In this document: piece by piece, positions 18,364 through 26,222 of the stretch
Layout of the letters: each line of letters begins with the position of its first letter
Numbering within the stretch: the stretch's first letter is position 1
Assembly: GCA_049512315.1 (NCBI GenBank)
Contig: JBEKXF010000032.1
Span: forward strand, 1 to 35,319
DNA from: Candidatus Aminicenantales bacterium
GTDB taxonomy: Bacteria; Acidobacteriota; Aminicenantia; Aminicenantales; Saccharicenantaceae
Length of the DNA stretch: 35,319 nt
Reading direction: 5' to 3'
Program-made: the position numbers and the translations under genes
Notes under the pieces: model-generated
The model's database searches: none
The model's input: only the letters and a program-made list of their open reading frames with translations
What the model was told of the DNA's origin: nothing

Positions 18364-18670
18364 GGTTTTCCGTGTAGACCCCTTTTCGCGTTTGAGCCCG
18401 TTTTCACACTTGTCAAGAGCCAATAGAAACTGCTTGATTCGTTTTGCTCATCCAAGGAGGCCTACACAGTTTCCCTTACACTCCTTTATGCGGGGGAGCT
18501 AACACAGGCTTTGGCCGGTGAGGTCAACGGGCCGATCCAAGAGGGGCGGACTGGCGATCGTTTACGGTCTCCTCACCCCTTGGGGGGATACGGACATCCG
18601 AAAAGTCACCTCCAAAATCATTGCCCTGAGGGATGGTCGGCTCCAAGATATGGTTTAATATTTCCATGCA

Positions 18671-20020
18671 ATGTGGACTCAGTCCGTTTTGAAAAGGCCC
18701 GTATCCTTTAGGAACATCCGGGCCAAGACTACCCTCCTGATCCTCTTCCTACTCACCGCTACGACCTTCACGTCCTATATCATCACGATCCGGATCATGA
18801 ACAACCACATCGCGGACAAGGTCATCCGGACGGCGGAGTCCCTGGGCCGGAGTATCGCTCCCTCGGCGGGCTTCCTCATCGGCGCCCAGGATCTGCTCGG
18901 CCTCGATTACATGGTCTACCAGATCAGGAAGACGAATCCCGACATCAAGTCGATCGGCATTCTCGGTCCCCGGAGAGACATCATCGTCCACAGCGAGATC
19001 AAGGAGCGCGGCCGGAAGATGGAGCCGGCGGGAGGAGAAGTCCTCAGGAAGAGCGAGGACGGGACCTCCGTCCGCAAGATTTCCGGCGCGCCCGGCAGCC
19101 TCATCGAGATCGAAAGTCCGATCGTTTTCATGAACAAGAACCTGGGCTCCGTCGTCCTCAGCGTCGATTGGTCCGTTTTATTGACGGCCCAGGGCGAAGC
19201 CCGCCGCAAGGTCATCGGCTTGTTCGCCGTCATCCTGGCCCTGGGCGCGATCAGCAGCATCCTCCTGTCCTCCAGCCTGACCAAGCCGATCAAGGAGCTT
19301 TCGTCCGGCGTCGAGGATCTCAAGCGCGGGAAAATGAGCAAACCGCTCCGGATCTTTTCCGGGGATGAGCTCGGCCGGCTGACGGCGAGCTTCAACGAGA
19401 TGTCGGGGCTCATCACCACGCAGCGGGACCGGTTGGCCCAGAACGCGCAGGAGCTGGAAGAAGCTTATGTTTCCACCGTTCGGGTCGTGGCCGCCGCCAT
19501 TGACGCGCGCGACTCTTATACGCTCGGACATTCCACCCGCGTTTCCGACCTGGCCGTCGCCCTCGCCAAGGAGATCGGGTTGAGCGGGCAGGAGCTGGAA
19601 GACATCGAAATCGCTTGTCTTTTCCACGATGTGGGCAAGATCAAGATCCCGGACTCCATCCTTCACAAGAAGGGCTGGCTGGACTCCGCCGAGTGGAAGG
19701 AAATGCAAAGACACCCGGAATACGGCGCCGAGATCCTTGACAAAGCACCCTCCCTCCGCAGGTTCGTCCCCGCCGTCAGGCACCATCATGAGTGGTATGA
19801 CGGGAGCGGCTACCCGGACGGGCTGACCCGGGAGAAAATCCCCCGGGCTGCGGCTATCATCTCTCTCGCCGACGCCTATGACGCCATGACATCCGACAGG
19901 CCTTATCGGACGGCGATGACCAAAGAGCAGGCTTTGGACACGATCCGGGAGTTTTCGGGGAAGCAATTCAGCCCCGAGCTGTCCCCGATCTTCTTGGGGA
20001 TCGTGGAGAAATCAGGATGA
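18671..20020 (+). CDS. Membrane HAMP + HD-GYP cyclic dinucleotide phosphodiesterase
   Basis: Two TM helices around a periplasmic sensor, HAMP (DELGRL..SFNEM), YTLGHS.RV, HDVGKI, HHEWYDGSGYPDGL, DAYDAMTSDRPYR. Confidence 0.93.
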   Translation: MWTQSVLKRPVSFRNIRAKTTLLILFLLTATTFTSYIITIRIMNNHIADKVIRTAESLGRSIAPSAGFLIGAQDLLGLDYMVYQIRKTNPDIKSIGILGPRRDIIVHSEIKERGRKMEPAGGEVLRKSEDGTSVRKISGAPGSLIEIESPIVFMNKNLGSVVLSVDWSVLLTAQGEARRKVIGLFAVILALGAISSILLSSSLTKPIKELSSGVEDLKRGKMSKPLRIFSGDELGRLTASFNEMSGLITTQRDRLAQNAQELEEAYVSTVRVVAAAIDARDSYTLGHSTRVSDLAVALAKEIGLSGQELEDIEIACLFHDVGKIKIPDSILHKKGWLDSAEWKEMQRHPEYGAEILDKAPSLRRFVPAVRHHHEWYDGSGYPDGLTREKIPRAAAIISLADAYDAMTSDRPYRTAMTKEQALDTIREFSGKQFSPELSPIFLGIVEKSG

Positions 20021-20024
20021 AAAT

Positions 20025-20879
20025 ATGCCGGATTTGTCTTTGAAGAGAACGCTTGCCTCTCTTGTCCTGCCTTGCCTTTTTTTATCGGCCTGCTCCACGG
20101 TCAACCAGAACCTGATGAAACAAGCGTCCGTCGAATCCCGGAAGTCCCTGGCCGCCGGCGATTTCCAAAAAGCGCTCGATGGCTTCAAAGGGGCCACCAA
20201 GAAAAATCCCCGCAGCAAGGAATTGAAGGAGAACTATATCCGGACGGTCGAAGAGATCAAGCGGACCGCTGACCGGGCCCTAGGCCAACGGGATTTCGCT
20301 CGAGCGAGCAACATTTATCGTGTCCTTTTGAACAACTACGCCAGCTTCGGGGGGTTCACCGCGAAGCTCACGTTTAATAAGTCCTATCTTGAGACGTCGT
20401 TGAAAAATTGCCGGATCGGCATCGTCGACGGCCAGGCCCAAGAGGACCTGAAGAGGGGGGATTTGGCCAAGGTCCTTGAGACCCATCAGGCCGCTCTCAA
20501 AGAGCATCCGGGGGACGCGGGGTGGGCGGCAAGCTATGTCAGAGCAGTCCAGGCGATCAAAGCGGTGGGCGACAAAGCGCTGGCCGACCAGGATTTCGCC
20601 CATGCCGGAAGGGTGAACGTCTTTCTGCTCAAGAATTTTCCTTCATTCGAAGGGCTGCGGCCGCCCGTCGCTTTTTCCAGGGGGACTTTGAGTGAGGCCA
20701 TCGCGGTCTGCCGGGACGGCTTGACCAAAGCGGGTCTCGAGGAATACCGGAAAGGGAACCTGGCCAAGGCCATAGCCGTCTGGGAGGACTTGCTGGCCTT
20801 CGACCCGGCCAACGTCGAGATCAGGAATGCCGTGGAGACCGCCAGGACTCAGCTGAACAAGATCATCAAGAAAAAATAG
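20025..20879 (+). CDS. TPR-like helical lipoprotein
   Basis: Lipobox LSA-C, two internally similar halves, C-terminal TPR (GLEEYRKGNL.KAI..WE..L.FDP.N); starts 4 nt after the HD-GYP stop. Confidence 0.82.
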   Translation: MPDLSLKRTLASLVLPCLFLSACSTVNQNLMKQASVESRKSLAAGDFQKALDGFKGATKKNPRSKELKENYIRTVEEIKRTADRALGQRDFARASNIYRVLLNNYASFGGFTAKLTFNKSYLETSLKNCRIGIVDGQAQEDLKRGDLAKVLETHQAALKEHPGDAGWAASYVRAVQAIKAVGDKALADQDFAHAGRVNVFLLKNFPSFEGLRPPVAFSRGTLSEAIAVCRDGLTKAGLEEYRKGNLAKAIAVWEDLLAFDPANVEIRNAVETARTQLNKIIKKK

Positions 20880-20893
20880 CGCTGCCTTCGCTC

Positions 20894-22306
20894 CTATTTC
20901 GAGCTCGACTTGAAAACCGTCCAGGGCTGAGCGGGACGGCTCTTCAAATAGCCCTTGAGATAGTCGTACTGCCGGTGTTCCCGGAGGAATTTCTGGGCAT
21001 CGAAAGGAATATCGCAAGAGCTTCCCCATTTGGCCCAGAAGGCCATCTCCTGGGCCATCCGGGCGTCCACCACCTTGCCGTCCAGGGCCCCGGCCGGGTA
21101 AAAAGGCTTGGCCCAGGCGTCACTGGAGCTGCCGGCCGGGTCAGGGGCCAGCTCCCAGTGGCCGCAGATCGTGCGGTCGCCCGGCATTTCCCTGCCGGCA
21201 TAAACGTCATAATGATCGCCCAACATGAGCTTGCCGCGTTCGACGTCGACTTTCCCCATCCATTTGTCAAAAAGCTCGAGCCACCGCACTCGCCGGGCGA
21301 TATCGCTGTGCTTGATGTTATCGAAATCCGCCTCGGTCTCCTGGCGCATCAGCGGAATATTCTCAGTGATGTTCGACCCGCTATAAAAACCGTCCCGGGT
21401 CCGCTCGACGGAATGATACTTGAGGCCGAGCTCGAGCCGGGCGATTTCGTTGCTGTGCACGTCGCCGAAGAGCCAAGTGTTGGCGTAACCGCCGTTATTG
21501 CCGTCGATCATGATCTTGAGAGATTCGTCCAGGTTACCGGCGTATTGCATCGCCTTGCGGATACGGACGAACTCGGGAATCCCGTCCGGGTCGAATCCCT
21601 TGAAGTAGTCGATCGTCGTTTCGGTTCCCACGAGTCCCGATGAACAGATGAAAAAATCCGTGCCGCTGTGGATGGCGGCCGGGAATCCCTGCATCAGGAT
21701 CCGAAACCCTTTTTCGGGCAGCAGATCGATGATCACGTTCGAGTCGGCCGGCACGAACTGGGACCAGGTGTTGTGGGCCATGACGATGCGACCGTCGGAA
21801 GTGGCTTTCCCGGTGGCGATGAAGGCGCTGCAGCCGCCGGTTTTCTGCGGCTGACCGTCTTTTTGGGACGAGGGGTACCAGTAGCCCATGATTTCGGATG
21901 ATGCGTTGACCAGAACGATATCGCCATAGCTGACGTCAACCCCGGCCTTGCGCGCGCCGGCGGCGATCCCCTCCATTTCCTCTCGGAATTCGGGATCGAT
22001 TTTCGGAGCGAACATCTTGAGGGTCTGCCCGACAAAATAGGGCCACTCCTGGCCCGTGCTCCACCAGGTCATATGTTTTTCGACGCGCAGGCTTTCCGCG
22101 ATCTCCTTGGCCAGAAGGTAGCCGTGTTGAAAACCGCGGGCAAAAGGCTTTCCCTCAATGTGCAGGAAGGTCCAGCCGTTCCTCTCCTCCCGGGAGGCCT
22201 TGGCCACCCAGGACTGTTCTTCCTTGGTCAAATCGGCGGCGAGGATGACGCCCGCGCAGACCATCCCGATGAGCAAAAAGCAGATGATCGTCTTTTTAAA
22301 ATGCAT
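20894..22306 (-). CDS. Second secreted C45/phospholipase B-like Ntn-hydrolase (paralog of 14430..15857)
   Basis: Signal peptide; G.P..RGFQHG, GG/CSAFIATG, AHNTW, ETT, NNGGYANTW; start ATG 22306 behind AAGGAGAGG. Confidence 0.85.
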   Translation of the reverse strand: MHFKKTIICFLLIGMVCAGVILAADLTKEEQSWVAKASREERNGWTFLHIEGKPFARGFQHGYLLAKEIAESLRVEKHMTWWSTGQEWPYFVGQTLKMFAPKIDPEFREEMEGIAAGARKAGVDVSYGDIVLVNASSEIMGYWYPSSQKDGQPQKTGGCSAFIATGKATSDGRIVMAHNTWSQFVPADSNVIIDLLPEKGFRILMQGFPAAIHSGTDFFICSSGLVGTETTIDYFKGFDPDGIPEFVRIRKAMQYAGNLDESLKIMIDGNNGGYANTWLFGDVHSNEIARLELGLKYHSVERTRDGFYSGSNITENIPLMRQETEADFDNIKHSDIARRVRWLELFDKWMGKVDVERGKLMLGDHYDVYAGREMPGDRTICGHWELAPDPAGSSSDAWAKPFYPAGALDGKVVDARMAQEMAFWAKWGSSCDIPFDAQKFLREHRQYDYLKGYLKSRPAQPWTVFKSSSK

Positions 22307-22335
22307 CCGTCCTCTCCTTGCAATAGGTCTTTCCG

Positions 22336-23175
22336 TCAAGAGTACCTCCCTACGCCCACAGACTTTGCGATTCCAAACACCCGGCAGATTTCACGGATCT
22401 CTTCATCGCTGAGACCCTGACCGGCTTCGCCGTTCGTCAGGTTCAAAAATTCATAGCGGGCCGCCGTCTCCGCGTATTCGATCCGGTCCTCCGCGCGCTT
22501 GACCGATCGGTCCGAGCGAGCCACGACGCCGTGCTTGCTCCAGACCGCGATCCGATGGGAACGGAGCGATCCGGATGTGGCGGCGGCGAGTTCGGCCGAC
22601 CCGGGGACGAGAAAACGGATGCAGCCGATCCCTTCGGGCAAGTTCACGACCGTCTCCGGTTGCCAGCGCAGCAGGTGACGGCTCAAATAATCTTCCGATT
22701 GATACCGGGGGATGTGGCTCAGATAGGTCAGGAAAACCGGCTGGGCATGAACCACAGCGTGGAAGTTGGTCCCGGTCGCCGCGACTTGATCCTGGTGCAC
22801 GGCCAGGTGGGAATCGAATTCGCTGGTCAGCCGGTCGAACAGGCGCCGCGGTGACGTGTACAGTCTGCCCGTGCGGCCGCCCTCCTCGACGGTGACGAAT
22901 CCCAGGTTGGCCGCGGGGTCCTGGACGATTTCGCGCAGACGGCGGCCCGAGCCCGTCACGAGCAGGGAGCCCCGGGCAAGAGAGGGCACGGCGACCGGCA
23001 ATTGGATGGCTTCCGAGTTGGGGAAATGATGCCGTGGATCGACCGGCCAGCTGAGGTAGGCCGAGATATTACCCGCGGCGCCCTCGCAAGCGTCGATCTG
23101 GGACAGGCGCTGGCCTGCCTCGCCGATCATGGCGATCATCTCGTCCAGCCCCGGAAACGGCGCTTCAACGGACAT
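22336..23175 (-). CDS. Class II aldolase/adducin family protein, rhamnulose-1-phosphate aldolase-like
   Basis: EGAAGNIS, VTGSG, TSEFDSH, VVHAQP, WQPET, PGS.ELA, W.KHGV; start ATG 23175 behind GAGAGGAG. Confidence 0.85.
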   Translation of the reverse strand: MSVEAPFPGLDEMIAMIGEAGQRLSQIDACEGAAGNISAYLSWPVDPRHHFPNSEAIQLPVAVPSLARGSLLVTGSGRRLREIVQDPAANLGFVTVEEGGRTGRLYTSPRRLFDRLTSEFDSHLAVHQDQVAATGTNFHAVVHAQPVFLTYLSHIPRYQSEDYLSRHLLRWQPETVVNLPEGIGCIRFLVPGSAELAAATSGSLRSHRIAVWSKHGVVARSDRSVKRAEDRIEYAETAARYEFLNLTNGEAGQGLSDEEIREICRVFGIAKSVGVGRYS

Positions 23176-23197
23176 CGGACTTCTCCTCTCGGACGGA

Positions 23198-23227
23198 ATT
23201 ATCAACTGCGCCACCGGCGTGTGTCAA
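23198..23227 (-). promoter_or_regulatory. Putative promoter of the aldolase-C45 unit
   Basis: TTGACA, 18 nt, GATAAT. Confidence 0.5.
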
Positions 23228-23355
23228 GGACGCCTCCCTCCTTTCGGACGGACTCAGCCGAATGCTTGGGGCCGAAGTTGCTTGAGATCGTCGACGAAAC
23301 GCCGGCTGGCGGCGTGCTGAATGGCCGCTCCGTGCGAGAAGGAGGATTCTTATGC

Positions 23356-23925
23356 CTAATAGCCCGCTTGGGTCAGCTTGGCTCTGATATTGTCCAGCCA
23401 CCCATCAGCCATCTCTTTGCTGCCAGCGGTCGCGGGGAAGTTGATGACGAGCCCCTTATCTTGGATGATGAGATAATCACAATAGTAAATATCCTCAGGT
23501 GGTTTTTTTGACGTACCGAGTACGTTGTCTTCAGACAGGATTTGCTTTTGATACCAAGCCTTGCCGGTACCGTCGTTCAACGGCTTGATTTCAACCGGTC
23601 CAACCACCAGGGGGGATTGTTTTGCATCCCGCTCCTCTTGCTTGATTTGCTTCTCCGCCTTAGCGTTTTCTTGCCCGGTGGTCTCATCCTTATACATAGC
23701 CCACATTCCCATCTTGGGGTCAAAATAGGTGATCTTAAGCTCAAACTCGTATGCTTCATCGAATCTCTGCGCTTTCCCAGCTTTAGCCTTGATTTCTATC
23801 GTCGTATTCACCATTGTCGGGTGAAATCCGCAGAGGATGATCTTGCCATTGGACGGAACCATGGCTTTCACGAAATCCGGGCAACCAGGTTGTTGGTTCT
23901 GGAGCTGATCGAGGGATTCCTTCAT
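23356..23925 (-). CDS. Hypothetical protein, lower GC, possibly 5'-truncated
   Basis: 189-aa ORF with globular composition, weak SD; frame stays open upstream of the ATG. Confidence 0.65.
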   Translation of the reverse strand: MKESLDQLQNQQPGCPDFVKAMVPSNGKIILCGFHPTMVNTTIEIKAKAGKAQRFDEAYEFELKITYFDPKMGMWAMYKDETTGQENAKAEKQIKQEERDAKQSPLVVGPVEIKPLNDGTGKAWYQKQILSEDNVLGTSKKPPEDIYYCDYLIIQDKGLVINFPATAGSKEMADGWLDNIRAKLTQAGY

Positions 23926-23973
23926 TTTCTTGATGTCAGGAATCTGAGGTTTCCTGGGACCTTCCCCCGTTGA

Positions 23974-24441
23974 TTATTTATCTGCCTTCACTTGGCCGGC
24001 CGGTTCCTCCTTCGTTTCTTCTACTTTCTTTTCCATTGTTGCCTGGGCTTCTCCGGGGGGTTCCGTCGTTTTTTTGCTTTTTCCGCCTTCCGGTGCTTTC
24101 GGAGGGGCTGCCGCCCTTTCCGCCTTTATCTTTTTTCCCTTGCCCTCTTGGGGGGCTTTCTTAGGCTTCTCGCCCTTACCCCCTTCTTGTTCTTTCTTGG
24201 GGGCTGCCGCCCTTTCCGCCTTCATCTTCGCCATTTCTTCCGTTCTCTTTTCGTTGTCGGCGATCAGCCTCAGCCTTTTATTCACGGCCCTGACATCGGC
24301 CTGCAGTTTTCGAACGAGGGTATCTTTGTCGGCCTTGGGAGATTGGATCCCCTTCCCGGACAGGAGAGACAACCGGTCTTGCAGTTGATGTTCGAAATAT
24401 GTCTTTTGTTGCACGAGCATCTGCTTCCGTTTTAATCCCAT
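23974..24441 (-). CDS. Lys/Glu-rich basic hypothetical protein with coiled-coil N-half and low-complexity tail
   Basis: SD GAGGAGGA; duplicated KAERAAAP. Confidence 0.8.
   Translation of the reverse strand: MGLKRKQMLVQQKTYFEHQLQDRLSLLSGKGIQSPKADKDTLVRKLQADVRAVNKRLRLIADNEKRTEEMAKMKAERAAAPKKEQEGGKGEKPKKAPQEGKGKKIKAERAAAPPKAPEGGKSKKTTEPPGEAQATMEKKVEETKEEPAGQVKADK
24104..24222. repeat. Intragenic 23-bp direct repeat (96-nt period)
   Basis: GGGGCTGCCGCCCTTTCCGCCTT at 24104-24126 and 24200-24222. Confidence 0.85.
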
Positions 24442-24609
24442 TTCTTCCTCCTCTTCGATTGATTTATTTTTCTCCGGCAGATCATCGATAATGTAGAGTT
24501 TTCTTTTCCCTGCCGGCAGATAGTTGCCGAAGGTATGTATATCAGGGTTTTCGTCAAAAAGCCATCGCCTTTTAGGATGTCCGCCGGGGCTGCATCAAGA
24601 AAGAGAAGA

Positions 24610-24655
24610 TCGGACCTCATCCCTAAAAAATGGACCAAATCAGCGGGCAGGTCCA
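24610..24655. mobile_element. ~45-bp fused IS3-like left and right ends
   Basis: CGGACCTCATCCCTAAAAAA-TGGACCA-AATCAGCGGGCAGGTCCA; terminal GGACCT/AGGTCC inverted. Confidence 0.5.
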
Positions 24656-24858
24656 AAAAACTCGAGAATCTCATTTTGGAGGTGGTACAGTAGCTTTGGG
24701 TGCGTTTCGGGCAGGGGTATACCTCCCCATTTTTGACAATGTCTTGACAGACTCTTGACCGAAATCTTAACAACTTCTTATGTGGAGATGGCTATCTTCA
24801 TTCATGGTCGATGAAATCCGGGAGAGGCCACTTTTAATCTTTTGAGAAGGAGGGGAAC

Positions 24859-25386
24859 ATGTTTAAGAAAATCGCGTCAGGTTTCACGATTCTGGCCTTT
24901 ATCGCTTTTTCCACATCCTGCTTACTCTACAGAACGACAGCGGAAAGCGTTCAACAGGTGGCCGAGAAAGGCGCAAAGACCGAAATCCTAGCCATCCGGA
25001 CGAAGTCCGGCGAGTATATCGAATTCCGGAAAGACACGGTGAGAATACAATCAGGTTCAGTCGTCGGTGAGACATTGAAAACCATGGAGATCGACAGGGC
25101 TGAGATTCAAAACGTGCAGAGGAACCGGAAGGGGAAAATCGAAAGAATCGTCACCAAAGACGGGGCGGATTATTATGTCGTCGAGGAGAAAGAAAAAGTT
25201 GTCGTGGCTAAGGCCTATTTCACCGTTGCCGTTCCGCTCTCCAATATCCAGATGGCCCAGGTTAGGGAACCCGCTATCGCGTCGACAGTTGTGGTCAACG
25301 GCATAGGATTCGGACTATTAATACTTGTCGCCTTAGCTGCGCATCATGCATTGGATGGAAGCCTGGGTCTAAGCCCATGGCATTAA
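24859..25386 (+). CDS. Hypothetical lipoprotein with hydrophobic C-terminal segment
   Basis: SD AAGGAGG, lipobox-like FSTS-C, downstream terminator. Confidence 0.8.
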   Translation: MFKKIASGFTILAFIAFSTSCLLYRTTAESVQQVAEKGAKTEILAIRTKSGEYIEFRKDTVRIQSGSVVGETLKTMEIDRAEIQNVQRNRKGKIERIVTKDGADYYVVEEKEKVVVAKAYFTVAVPLSNIQMAQVREPAIASTVVVNGIGFGLLILVALAAHHALDGSLGLSPWH

Positions 25387-25408
25387 ACCCGGACCGATTT
25401 GCGGTTGC

Positions 25409-25445
25409 CGGAGGCCTTCATGTTTTTACAGAAGGCCTCCGTTTT
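25409..25445 (+). terminator. Intrinsic terminator
   Basis: CGGAGGCCTTC...GAAGGCCTCCG stem followed by TTTT, about 22 nt after the stop. Confidence 0.7.
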
Positions 25446-26222
25446 GGGGAATGGGCAGAGTTCGATTGGACTGTTGCCGTTTCCGGCGATGAAGTTCCCG
25501 ATGGCAGCGCTGACTCAACCATGACACCCGAGAAGAGAAATTCTTGAATAAGCGTCACGATCCCCAGCCGAGCCCAAGCTGTCCCGACTGAACATTTTCT
25601 CTTCGGGTATCGCGTCATAGGCACGACGGATAAACAATTCCTTTTCCGCAGCACCGCACTGACCGCTCCGGCCGATGGGTCTGCCTTCTTGACCACGCTG
25701 GTCATGTCCTTCCCGCCGCTCCGGCGATTAAGCCGACGAGGATGACGGTTAGAACAGGGCAAACCCAAAGTGACCAATACCCGGGACTGGCTTTTTCCAT
25801 CTCGACCCTTATGTTCTTTTCTTAATTATTATTCTCATCTAATATTACTCCTAATCTTACTCCCAAACTGCCAACAGGTTACTTGAAATAGGTAACTAGA
25901 TGATGTGATGCGCCTCCTCGGGGTGATGGACGTTTAAGCCTGTATGCCGCCAGGAACCAATCCCATGGGAGCTCCCTTTTTAGCTCCCAGTCCTTGGGAT
26001 ACCGGCGAAGCCGGTTGGAATGGTTGTTTCGTGAGGGTTCCTCAGGAACTGGGCTATGATATACTCCCGGCTGATATATTTGGATATCGTTTGGTGAGCG
26101 AGCTTAAATGCGAAGAAGAGGTTTACACAGGATATCTGAGACTCCCGGAAGTCCTTTAACTGAACGAGATCGGCCGATCGGTTCAATGCCGTCGGCTTTG
26201 TCCGTTGAAAGGTAGACGCCAG

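Noticed and set aside
18400..18670. c-di-GMP or other riboswitch upstream of the HD-GYP gene
   Set aside because: No recognisable GEMM-type consensus by eye; an Infernal/Rfam scan would be needed.
25418..25777. 119-aa ORF; VVKKADPS..AVSAVLRK then ELFI in another frame faintly recalls a NarL-type receiver end
   Set aside because: Similarity too short and needs a frameshift; the ORF ends inside a terminator hairpin. Cannot be supported without a search.
25944..26186. Short ORFs on both strands
   Set aside because: No SD, no motifs, atypical composition; probably decayed DNA.
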